Source of the DNA: Podarcis pityusensis
Lineage: Eukaryota
NCBI GenBank assembly: GCA_964106645.2
Contig: OZ067039.1
Strand: one strand, 5' to 3'
DNA length: 64,000 nucleotides
Shown here piece after piece: positions 26,001 to 38,989 of the stretch. Positions within the stretch are counted from its first letter, which is position 1; every line of letters begins with the position of its first letter. The notes under the pieces are model-generated. The model was not told the origin of the DNA, ran no database searches, and saw only the letters and a program-made list of their open reading frames with translations. The position numbers and the translations under genes were made by a program.

Positions 26001-29000
26001 GCTTTTCCACAGTTGTTGTTTGTTCCGATTTAGCACCAAAGAGCAGATTTTCTGGGGGAAAATAGCAGGGCAAAGGCAAAACTGCTCGGACGTTTGCCTA
26101 GATTGTACGGGACAAGCAGAAAGCAGCTTGGACCCGTGCTTGCAAGGCATGGGACAAGTGGACGTGTGGATGAGCCCTGTGTAATTTGTTTTTTAAAATG
26201 CATAGACTAGGGTAAACTCTGCATAAAAATGCATATACTAGTAAAAATAGCATAAAAATGCATTATATTTGGGGAAATTGCTTTGCTAAAATGTGTATGA
26301 TAGGCAAAATTGCATACAAAAATGTGTATTAGGAGAAATTTGTATTAAAATGCTTATGCATTTTCATGAGGATTTAAAAATGGATTTCATGATGTGGAGA
26401 CTTGAACTTAAGAATGGAAAAATGAGAAACCGAGAAACCAAAAGTGATAGATTTGCCCACTCCCAGTGCACCTGCAGTTAACAGGGGCTGCATAGCTGTT
26501 ATGCTCCCACCAAGCAGACCTGGTCATCTGGACAGGTGTAGTAGCTGCTATGCTGTGTTGCAGAGATTTGGAGATGGAGAGTGAAGATGGAAGAGGAGCA
26601 GTGATTCAGGGGGCTAGTTGTAAACCTCCTGTTAGCCTGATAAAGCCTGGAGGCTTTGGAGCTGTCAAAGCCAACTGAATCATCTGAATTACCACCTGGT
26701 ACAAGTGAATTTCCCCCCATATACACATACAAAAGCTCCCTATACATAGGTAACTAGGCATTGGGGAGCTGGATTCCAGCCAGCTTTTCTCCCCAAGATG
26801 CTGATTGTCTAATTGTGGAGATGTTTTCTTCCTTGGGACACTTCGCACCCCGTGGGCTGTCAGATGTGGTACGACACAGATGGGGACTTCCCACCTATTG
26901 GGGTTCTTGGCTGCTATTATGAAACAGGGAGTTTAGAGGCTAAGGGGTAGGTAAAGGAGGAGGTAGGTTTGAGACCCAGAATTTCTCCTGGAATCCTGTT
27001 GGTAAGCCTAAGAGCTTGTGGCTGACCCTTCTCTCTTTTCCCTGTGGACAGGTATATCCAGTATTTTAGTGGGCTACTCTCAGGCACCATCAAGATGAAC
27101 AGCAACACCCTGTTTCTGCACCATGTTCTTCTCCCAGCTATCCCTACCTTTGGGGCTGGAGGAGGTAAGTGCTGCAGGTGATGTCCAGAAAATACATCTC
27201 CCCATTCAAATGCAAGACCGGCATGGGCGTGGCTTAAAAGCCTGCTTGCACCTCCCGTCCGTTCTTGCACGCATTTGTGCATAGCACTATTTCAGGTCAA
27301 ACAAGAGTGACCAAAAGGGTGAGAAAAAGCAAGAGGGAGAGAGGGGAACTGACCTGGCAGGGTTTTATAAAATTGAGAATAGCATGGAGAGCACAAATAG
27401 GGAGATTTTTCGCTTTCTCTCATAACACTAGATCTTGAAGTTGCTCATTTACATTGATCGACAATTCTTCATGTGTGGGACCTGCAGCAAAATGTTGCAG
27501 TGTGAGACACACACACACACACACACACACGGTTCCTTTTCCCATTCCCTGTGTCTGCCACCCCACCTCACCCTGCAAAAGCTGTCAGCAGTCTGTGCCT
27601 CCTGGGCATGCTCCATGACTTCACTGGTGGGCTGTTTTAACCCTCACCTTTTAGGGTTCCCCCCCAAAAGATTTCTTTGTACTTGGGGTTTTCTAATTGT
27701 GTTGAAACCTCCCTTTTGCAGGTGGGGGGCTACCTAAACAATGGCACTTAAAGCCCAGTAAAGAGCAATACACTATAATAAAGTTAGGGAATTCACTGCC
27801 ACCAGATGTGGGGGAGGGGCATGGGTTTAGATTGCTTTTGATCTGAGACAAATCTATGGAAGGGACACCTGTCAATGACACTCTTCGTTAGGCTGCCTAA
27901 ATGAGAACCCATGTTCAGAAGCCTTGGGCTGCCTTTGTGCCCTGTTTGAAGAATTCCCAGAGGTATCTGACTGGCTGCTGTTGAAAACATGATGCTTTTA
28001 TCACCAGCAGGGCTCTTATATCCCTAAGATTGTGCTAGGACACAAACATAGGAGAAAGTGTGAGTGTGTATACAGGGCTAGTTCATCTGCCAGTAAACTA
28101 GGCAACCATTCAAGGGGGTCACAATTCAAGGAGTACCCACAATCTCAGAATTAGAACACAAGCCCCATGTTATTGTGCTAATTATGGTATGCTCTCCAGT
28201 ACATGCTGATCTGAGTGTGCACCCCATCTGCATGAAATGAGGTTGTAGAATGAACTCTTTGTTTAGGCAGGGAAGCTGGTCCTGATGCACATTTGACCTA
28301 TGTAAGGCCTTGTGAATAAGAAGATTCCACATGGTGTAGGTGTGGAATTGTTAGTATTGGTGCTAGAACTGAAAATCAGTAGAGTCACCAAATTACATAC
28401 ACATGCCCAACTTTCCTTAGGAATTGAGTTTGTTGGCCTGACCCATCAGGCTTCTCTTACGTTCTTATCTTTCCTCTTCCAGGTTATCAACCCTTCTTGA
28501 AGATCTACCAGTCCATGCAGCTGGTGTACACGTCTGGGATCTAGTGAGTATGAGTAGGTTCTGCCTTGGGCAAATGCCTGGGTCACCCTCTGAATTCTTC
28601 ATAGATAAGGGCCAATCTCCTTGTAGCTTCCATCCCAGCTGTCCTTCTGTTTCTTCCTGTCTTACAGCAGTCTTCATGGTTCTGGTGGAACTCAGAAGCT
28701 CTGCATCAGTCTGGAGCCAGCCTTGCTCTTGAAAGGGGATGTCCTGGTGAGTGCTGGCAGGAGCTCAGGATGTAAGGTGGGAAGGCTGGACTTGGTGGAC
28801 CTCTGATCCAGCAAGACGCTTCTTTATATTCTTAAGGAAGAACTAAGACTCAGAAACGCAATTATGCCGTAGCTGGTAAAGAGATCCCAAGTATGCTATC
28901 TTCCTTGTAAATGTAGAACATGCTGTTACATAAGGGGTAGTGAGATTGGTGGCTTCCATATATTATTGGACTACAACTCCCATCATCCCTGACCATTTGC

Positions 29001-32000
29001 CATGTTGACTGGGGCTGGTGGAAGTTGGAGTCTAACAACTGGAGGCCACCACACTGGATACCCCTGTGGAGTTTCTGACATCATTATTTAAAACAAACAA
29101 ATGATCCACTCTGTCTCTGTTTTTCCCAGAGAAGGTGACTCAGAAGTGGCTCACCTCACTTTTGCCTCTGGTCAGCAGGTTTACATATTTTAAAATAATG
29201 TCTCAAAAAATTATGAAATCTGTTTGACTGGAGAAGACTGAGGTAGGGGGAGTGGAGAGGAAGTGTGGGGGTGTACCCTGAGTAGCGATGGCTCGATCTC
29301 AAGCAATTGCCCTTAAAAAAAAATTTTTTTTAAAAATTCAATCACATTCACATTTAGGATTCTCTGAATCCCTTGACTTCCCTCCGCCCTTCTCTGGTTT
29401 TCATTGTCAATCCCTTTTTATTCAGCTTATCCTCGCCCCCCCCCATCTGTTATTAACTTTTCCATTATATTTTGTCTTTTACAAGTATTACTCTAATCCT
29501 GCCAAGGTTTTTAGTTGTTTACAATGTTCTCTTAAATAAGCTATAAATTTTTCCCATTCTTTCCTGAACTTCTCCTCATCCTGGTCTCTGATTCTCCTGG
29601 TCAATTTTGCCATTTCAGCATAGTCCATCATCTTCATCAGCCATTCTTTTCTGGTTGGAACCTTGTCTTCTTTTCATCTCTTTCTCAAGCAATTTCCAAC
29701 ACTCCTAGGAAACGCTGACAGCCTTATTAACTGTAATTAGCAGATTCACCACTTCATCTGTTTCCCACACTCTTAGAGTTTCAGTTTTCTTCCAGTTTGG
29801 CTGAAGACAAAATAAGTTTATGCATAAAATAATTGCTACTGGATCTCTGGACAGCTCATCATCCAGCATCTTCAGTCTGGATTCATGCTTCCCACAGGCA
29901 CCTGGTTGGCCACTGTGTGATCAGGATGCTGGACTAGAAGGACCATTGGCCTCATCCAGCAGGATCTTCCTATATTCTGAATCAAATCAAGTACTTTCCG
30001 TCAATGTTCCTTGACCATGAAAATAATGGTGCTACTGTACATGTGTACAAAATCTGTGGGCTTGGTGTATGTGAACATTTGAGCATGCCCAGACAGCTGT
30101 GTATGGTGGGTAATAGCAGAAGCCTGCCTGCCAGCTGGGAGAGCTATGCCTCGAGGGATCATTATGTTCATTTCCCCTCCTTTTTCTTAGGTGAAATGCT
30201 ACCATAAGCAGCTCCAGGGCACTGAGCGTGATGTTGTGTTCCGGGTCCAGTTCCACACCTGCACCATCCACAGCACCCAACTGTGGTTTGGTAAAGATGA
30301 GTTGGATGAAGCCTGGAGAGGTGAGAGCAAGAGGCCTAATCCTTGGGCAACAAGAAATCAAAGCAAAAGGGTGGCATTCAACTCAGAGCTGACCTGTTGA
30401 AAGTAATGGACCCAACTTAGTCTTGTTCATTAATTCCCCCAGGTCTACTCAAAGTCTGGTAAGGTTAATTTATTTCAGCATGAGTTTTTGTAGACAAGAA
30501 CCTATTTCTTGCCACAAAATCTCTTCGTATGCTTGCTGCAGCAGACCAAGGCCTGGTCTGCATGTTCAGCAAAATTCCATGGTAGAGTCCATCCCAGGCT
30601 GTACCACTTTGGACTTAAAAGAGAAGGAGTCACATTTTGAAACTGTCCCTGCAAGTGAAAAATGTGCTGCACATGGACATTGGGGGGGGGGGGGAGGGTA
30701 GGCCAGAACCTTTTCTCCCTGGTGCGTTATTTATCTCCATGAATGAGGGTTTTTTTTGAAGGAAGCATTCAGAAACTGAATTTAGCCTTAAGTTGTAGAG
30801 GCCAAGATTTTGCTGAACACGTGGCTCTCCTAGAGTCTAGTTCTGCAAGGTTCCACTACAGGACGCACCTTGAGAACAACCTCAGGTTTTAGGCGAAGGG
30901 GGTTGCAAGTGCATTTCAGACTGAAGCCAGTGTTTGCGTGAACATGGCATGTGATGCAGGTAATCACTCCTGCCTTTTAAGAGCCCAGGCGCAACAGTCA
31001 GGCTATTCACCTCATATCTCTGTTTTCCTTCCCTAGATGAACGGTTCCCATTTGAAGCAAGTGTGGAGTTTGTCTTCTCTTCCAGCCCCGAGAAAATTAA
31101 AGGTGGGTGAATGACAGAGTTGAAGGGATATGGTTGCAGTACCATGAACTACGCCACAAACACCTCCTCGGTCATTCCACAAGTCAGGTCTCAGTGCATG
31201 GCCTAAAGCAGGAATGGGGAACCTCAGGCCCCTCTGGCCTCTCTTGTCTGACCCTTGCTGCACCCACCTTTGCCTTTGGCCCCATCCCCACTGGCTTGTG
31301 GCAGCCAGGGGTGGCAGTCTTGCTGAAGCTGAGCAGGTCTTGATCTGGCTTAGATGGGAGACTTCCAGAGACCCCTACATGCACTGCCTTGAGTTTTGTA
31401 TAAGAAAGGTGAGATGTAAATGTATTAAGGAAAGGAGGGGGAGAAGGACACCAATTTGAACTGGAACATTTGGGAAACAAAGCAATCCAGACAACCAGGA
31501 ATTTGCCTGCTATCTGTTGTCAATGTTTGTGAGTGGGGGGGGGGGTCTTCAAACTAGTCTGCAGAACATTGCACTGCCTTCTAGCTTCTCCAGTGATGTG
31601 GCACCAGGAAAGTGCCAAATCTGTGCCCACCCACCTCAGAGCAAGCCCAGCCAAGCTGACAGCACCGCCAGCCATGAAGGGCAGCTCAGCTGAGCTGTAG
31701 TTTTCCTGCAAGATGTAGGGGTGGCCACTAACCTGGGTGGCTTTAAAAGAGACAAATCCGTCTATGCTCTACCGTCCACTGTTGGAGGCAGCATTCCTGG
31801 ACATCACAAGTGGGGAGAACGCTGTTTGCCGGCTTCCCATAGGCACCTAGTTGACCACTTTAAGAAACTGAAATTGTGGCAGTTTTATGAAATACATTTT
31901 ATGAATTAAATAAAACCCGAACTTTCTTTGGTCTGATCCGGCAGAGATGTTCCTATAGGTTTTTTATTTGTCTTGTATTTTTGCTTCTCTCTTGGGACTG

Positions 32001-34519
32001 CAAGAATTGGGGTGGTTTATCAAGCATCTTGGAAGGCCACAATATATGGCTGGCGAAAGGTGGTGTGTTTGGTGTGTTGTGCTGATCTGCCTTTAGAGAA
32101 ATGGTGTCATTTGGAAGCATCTTAAAGTACCATGGCACTTTGGGGGGGGGGGAGCGGGGGTGATATCTTCCTTGCTTAGAGTGATCCTTCCCCTAGACCA
32201 TCAGACCAATAGAAACACCTTTTGTCCTGCAAATATTGCCAGTGGTGAAGGGGGGGGGGTGAGCAAGCATCATCTGTCGATGGAGATCAAAGCAATTCCT
32301 TCTGCCATAAGTTCTTTAAGCTTCCCATTTCCTTGTATGGTCAGGGCTGTGTGTATACCATGATTGCAGGAGTGAGGGTGGGCAGAACTAGGCAATGAAA
32401 CCCACAAGGAAAGAGGCAAACTGCAAGCAGACCATGGACTGGGAGGTTTATTCCTGTGGAATGAAAACCATAAGAAGTATAGTTTCGATTTCAAGTCTTC
32501 TGTTGGCCAGCAGGGTGGTGACTATGGGTCTTATATTCTTTCACTTCAAAGATAATTCATAGAATCATAGAATCATAGAGTTGGAAGAGACCACAAGGGC
32601 CATCGAGTCCAACCCCCTGCCAAGCAGGAAACACCGTCAGAGCACTCCTGACATATGGTTGTCAAGCCTCTGCTTAAAGACCTCCAAAGAAGGAGACTCC
32701 ACCACACTCCTTAGCAGCAAATTCCACTGCCGAACAGCTCTTACTGTCAGGAAGTTCTTCCTAATGTTTAGGTGGAATCTTCTTTCTTGTAGTTTGGATC
32801 CATTGCTCCGTGTCCGCTTCTCTGGAGCAGCAGAAAACAACCTTTCTCCCTCCTCTATGTGACATCCTTTTATATACAGTATTTGAACATGGCTATCAGA
32901 TCACCCCTTAACCTCCTCTTCTCCAGGCTAATTCATTTGGGAACCTTCTGCCAAAATTGTAGCATTTGCCAGTGGGGTATCTCAGAGTAGCTGCAGTGGT
33001 CTTTCATCCAGGTGCTGATGGGATCCACATTTCCTTAGCTTCTGTAAAGCTTCAGAATCGGAGGGAATCCCTGACAAACCAGTGTGCAGATGGAGAAAAG
33101 CAAGTTCAGCAGATCAAGCCTTTATTTTGCTTATTAATTTTTGGGGTTGGTAAACTGCCACTCCAAAATGGAATCCAGATGGCTTGAATTTACTGTCGCT
33201 GGAATTGAAACTGAAAACCAGGGGTCAGTCAACATGACATTCTGATACGTCTGTGATGACCCCAGGGCTTTCAGGGTATTTAGGTGCAGATGTCCCACAA
33301 AGTATAGTGGTTGGAGTGTTGGACTAAGTCTAGGGAGACACAGATCCCCAAATTCCCATTTAGTCATGATGTTTGCTGGGTGACTGTCCAGTCACTACCC
33401 CTCAATCTAACCTACCTCACAGGGCTGTTGTGAGGATATAATGGGTTTGGAGAAGCAGGTACACAGCTTGAGCTTATTGAAGGAAAGGCAGAATAAGGGC
33501 ACTAAAACCACCTTACTAGGATATATGAGAAGGGGGTGGAGAGCATTTGTACAATGCATGTCTCTGTATGCTCTGCATGCCAATCTATTTGTTTATTTAA
33601 AATGTTTAAAATGCATCAAAAAGAATTCCATGGCAGGGTACAAGCAGAATAAAATATTGAACTTTAAATCTGTAAATGCATCAAATTTCGAAACAACATA
33701 AATGACAGCAGAGAAAAAAGCATCATTCTTCAAAGGTGCAGGAGTGACTTCCTCCGTCCAAACAAACTCACAGCTGATATTGCATAAATGCCTGGGTCAA
33801 TAGATGTGCTTTGAGCTGGCAATGAAACAGGGGGGAAAGAGTGTCAACCAGACTTGAGTGGAAAGGGCTCATGTCCCATAACCAGGGGGCCACCACAGAG
33901 AGAGAGACCATAATTGCACACCCCTTCAGGATGCTGACCAGAGACAGAGCAGAACGCCTGGTCTCCGGGGTAGCCAGATTTTTACCTTTACTTCAATGTC
34001 ATTCCCAATGATAGTGTTTTATTTTTCCCATTGCAGTGAAAGGTAACCATTAACTGGCATAGCAGAAAATGAAGAAATGCACTCCTTACAGGGGGCTTGA
34101 CTAGATCTATATCCTCATAGGCCCATCTTGGGCAGAGTGACAGAAACGTGGGAATCCTGTTTTAAAAACCCCCACAGATTAGGCTTTTTAAAAACGTTGT
34201 CAGTCATGCTTGAGCCTGTTGCAGAAAATCCTAGGTTATACAATTATGTAAATATGCACATCCACAATCCTTTTATAACTCTGCTGACTGGTGTGCAGCC
34301 ATTGGAATACGCTATCCATTCCATACGTTATCTTGAACGCACTTAATCCTTCTAATGCTGAGATTCTCTGGCGCTTCCTGTCTCTTTCCCCAGGCCGCGA
34401 GACCTACAGGAACAATGCTGCTGTTGCAGTAGATTACAACATCTCCAATCCCATAGTGCGCTGGGACTCCTATGAAAACTTCAACCTGCATCATGAGGAC
34501 AGCCTGGAAGGTACACAGG

Positions 34520-34568
<49 letters not shown>

Positions 34569-37500
34569 TTATTATTTGTACCCCGTCCATTCCTGCAGTC
34601 TCTTCCTAGCACTTACACCCTTATTGCCACACTACTTGGGCAAGACTGTGTATGTCTGTGTGTTTTCTGCAATTCCTCACTTGGACCCAGGATTTGGTAT
34701 TTGCAGAACTGAGATTTTCTTGATGCAGAAGTCTGGTTGCCATGGCACAGAATTCTGCTGCTGTATTTTAGGATGTACAGTTGAGTCACATCATGCACTG
34801 GGGTTATGTTCCAAGGGTAGTGTGCATATACAAAAATCATGTATAGGCAAAATTGCCTTCTTCTGGTTGGCTGCTGGCTGACAAGGCAAGGGCACAGAGG
34901 AGCGGGGAAGAGCCTTGTGGTGAGACCTTCTTAGTGTCTCCACTGCCTCCCCTCACTCAGCTTGTGGAAGGAGGAGGAGGAAGGTGGTCCGAGAGATGAA
35001 GGCAGATCCGTTACAGCCAGAAGAAAAACTCTGGAAGGGACCCTGGACTGGAGCTGCAGCCAAATGCATATAATTGAAATCACATAGGATTAATGCACAT
35101 AAGATGTGACTCAACCGTACACACATGCTTATATCTAAGCACCATACACTCTGCTTATATCTAAAAGTGGACAATATTGAGATTAGTTTTTGTTTCCACA
35201 AGGATGCTTCAGGCAGCTTTCTGCTCTTGGCTCTAAGGCTTCTTTCTAGTCTGAGCTGTGTGCCACAATTCACTCAGCCCATCTTAACTTCCTGCATTGG
35301 TTACACTTTGAGTAGATGAGCAGAGCTCAAAGTTCTCCCTTGATTTTTAAAGAAAGTTGGTGTTTCAGAGTTTGAAACCCCAGTCTGGACAGGATGATGG
35401 GGCTCCTCCCCAGCACAGACACATCTGGACTAAAGTGACTTTTTTGCCCCCGGGAGCTGTAATCCCAGCAGCTGGTTTTTACGCAGTCAACCCTGATTAC
35501 AGTTTCCTCCTAACATCCACTTAAAGTAAACTCGTTAAGAACTAAAATAAATAAAATACCGAAGGGAGTAAGCAAATGGGAATTTAATAGTTGTGGCACG
35601 TCTGCCTCAAATGCCAGAAAAACGTCAACAGGATGGAATAAAACTCCTTCCTCCTTCCCAGCAAGAGCTGATATTTAGAGAAAGGAGGCCATCTTCTGCA
35701 ATGTGTGTGTGTGGGGAGAAAGAGTGCCATAAATTTGGAAAATAAAGTATAACGATGAGTTGGATCAATGGATGGATGAGTAATGGCCTCTCAGAAAGGT
35801 GTATATATGAGGGGGGAATGCACCCTTCACAGGCCCCAGTGGACCCCCCCCCCATACACACACTGGACAAGGCCTGATTCTTTTTCAGCCATGTTCATTA
35901 AACCAAAACTATAGCAGAAGGGAGACAGTCGTTTTTAAGAGAGGTGAAAGTGATTTCAGAGAGAGGCTTTGCTTTCTGCAATATTCACATATATTTCTTT
36001 TGACTCGCTGTAGCTTCTGGCCAAATTGGTTTTCCAGGATTTTGAAACAAAATAAAGGAACCTAGAAAACCTGATTACCAGAAATAAAAGTCGGAAGCAG
36101 CCCACAAAAGGCATCCCCGCTTTCAACCCAGTTTTAGCTCTAATCATCTGTCTCCAGCCATGGGATGAAGATAGGCTTGGTGTTTATTTTAAATTTTTTT
36201 ACTTTTAACTTGTTTTTAATTTTTTAGATTTAACTGTATGTTTTGATATTGTTATAAACTGCTGTGATATATTTTAATGATACAGCGGTGTTAAAAATTT
36301 TTTATAAATAAAAAATAAATAAAAGGATTTTAAGAGCGGCCAAAGCAGGTTCTTCATCATCGAAGGAATCTGGTTCCATAGCTTGTACAACAAACAGCCA
36401 CTAGCCAGTAAGTGCTCCACTCTTTGCACATCAGGTGTGCTTGCTCGCCTTTTTGTCACTGTTTTAAAGAAACACATGTAGGCTTTCTCATTTATACACA
36501 CTTTGCCCAATTAAATAAACAAACTCCCTTTTAAAAGAAGTTTTTTAATTACTTGAGGAACTGGAGCACAAACTCATAGTCACAATATATATTTCACTAC
36601 TTGAACCATGCTTTTCTGAGGTAGATGGGGCCAAGTTTTTAAAGGTGCAGGGTTGTTCTTGAGGGTGGCCAGTTCATGCAGTAGAATATGCTTCTGGTCC
36701 CCAGTCCACTGTGGAGAAAAGAAGGCAAGAGCTGTCAAAAATATAGATTCCATAGGTGATGTCATCAGGTGTGAGGCAGGTGAAGATGCTACTGCCAATG
36801 CACCATCAGAAGTGTGCTCCTGAGGTTGCACTGGCAAGGGAAAGCAGACTTGTCTCTTCTGCCCATCAGCTGATGGGCTGTTGAGCCAAAATCTGGATCT
36901 GATGTGCAAGGGAGAGCCCCATGGGGAACTTGTTCACACACCTGATGCCTGAGCTGAGTGTGGTGCTTTGAAGTTCTGAATGCAGAACTTTGAAGCGCCC
37001 AGTTACTTGGTGCACAGCCCTACCCACCTGTCAAATTTGGCCTGCAAGGCTAGATCCTGATAAGAATCTGGCCCGCAGAGCCAAAAAGGTTCCCCACCCC
37101 TGATGTAAAAGTTGCTCATCCCCAGTACTAAACCATGAGCGTAGAGCGTGAGGCACCTGGACAAACGTGTTCCAGGCACACAGGCGCAAGCCACTGACTG
37201 GGGAGACTCCAGGCCACATGTGCCGTGTGAATGCCAACCTCACCTACTGCTCTGCATCACCCACAGCCTTCCCTGAGTAGCTGTTTCACTTGTCCTTTGC
37301 AGATGTCTTGCACACCCGGGGCCCTCTTGATGGAAGCCTTTATGCCCGGATCAAGAAGAAAGGTGACCTGAGTAGCTTCTCCTCCTCCACCACCAATGGC
37401 AGCCCCAGAGGACCAGAGTCCCCTCCGCAGCAAGGTGGGCGCTTCCTGTCCATCAGCAGCGACTCGGGACACTCCTCCCTGCTGACCGAGAAGGCGGACG

Positions 37501-38949
37501 AGAGCACGCCACCGTCTAGGCCACAGCCCACAGCTGCCGAGAAGGAGGAGCTGGACCGGCTCTTGGGGGGCTTTGGTGTCCAGCCTCGGCAGCCGAGTGA
37601 AGGGAGCTGTCCCCGTGCCCTTTCCCCTTCTCCTACCAAAGAGAGAGAAACAGCCATTTTGGAAGATGAGCTCTCAGACATCGGTCAGCCAGGAATCCAC
37701 TTTTCCTACCAAGCTCAGCGCTCTGGCCTGGCCCGCCATTGTTCCTGCCGCCTTGGGTACCGTTCCCACAGCCCTGAGAGGCCTCACAACGTGGCCTACT
37801 ACAGACCAGATGGCACTCTGGAGCGGCGGCAGCCCCTCTATAATGGCGGGCCCTCTCATGCGCATCCCGAGGGGTACGAAGAGAAACGGCGGGTGTTCCG
37901 CTCCCTGTCCGAGGGCATACAGCCCCACGCCTACCCCTTCGGCCATGAGCCACTGCCGCCTCACAGCCCCAGCCGGCGGGAGCATGAGGAGCTGCTCATC
38001 TTGGAGGACCCACCCACTTTCTTATGCCCCTGCCAAGATTGCCAAGAGATGGCTCGTGAAGAGGCAAGGTTGCCCACGGCTGCTTTCTACAGCCTGCGCC
38101 TGGACCGTGACCCTGATCTGTGGGGGGTGGAAAATGCAAGGCCACCACTGCTTCATCACCCGCTCCACCGGGAAGGGCAGCCTGTGCCACTTCTAATGCC
38201 CGCTACCTATGGGCACCACCATGTGCCCCATGGGCAACACCAAGCCTTTAACTTTGAGCCCAAGATGGTGGCAGGGCACATAGGTCACACTTACCCAGCC
38301 CACCAGAGGTCCAAAGTGATGGAGGAGAATGCCGAGGCGTTTCCTTACCCCCGCTATGGCCCCCCTTACCCTCCAGGGCCATCCTACGCCTACGGCCGGG
38401 GCCCAGCCAAGGCCTGCCTTGTCTCTGGATACTCTGGATCTCCCCACTCCATTTCGCCAACCAGCCCCCTGTATCCACCAACCAGGAAGCAGGGCTATGA
38501 GCCCCCAGAGAGCAGCGACGAATTCCTCCTGCCAGCACCTGTGGAAAGGCAGCGTGGTGAGTGTGACTCTCATGGAGGGGCTCCATTTCCAAGCCAGCGC
38601 AGGAGGCATCCTAGGCATTCATAGCCAAGGGTTCCCCCCCCCCCCGGCCAAGGATTTCAGGTTCAGCAGTTATGGGTGCTGTATCACGTGGCTAGAGAGG
38701 AACCAGGGGTGTGGTTCTTTCTGCTAGGAAAAGGGCAAGGGCGAACGTCCAGAAACCCTAGTGCAGGGACAGGGAACCTGTGGCCCTCCAGATGTTGCTG
38801 GACTTCACCTCACCATGTTTACCTTGTCTGTGAATGAAATATGCAGAGTAGCAGGACAGTAACTCAGCTGCCTCTGTATACTTATATATACATATATTCT
38901 GTATATCAGTTTATCTGCACACCAGTCACCAGACAGTTTCTTTTGAAAG

Positions 38950-38989
<40 letters not shown>

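Noticed and set aside
30680-30698. Long G or C homopolymers as G-quadruplex signals (also about 32141, 39425, 40879 and 60553)
   Set aside because: Isolated homopolymers are common in these genomes and prone to sequencing error; no positional pattern.
37340-38727. Several overlapping and antisense ORFs over the large exon
   Set aside because: Expected shadows of GC-rich coding sequence; no motifs. The same applies to the ORFs antisense to the L2 RT.
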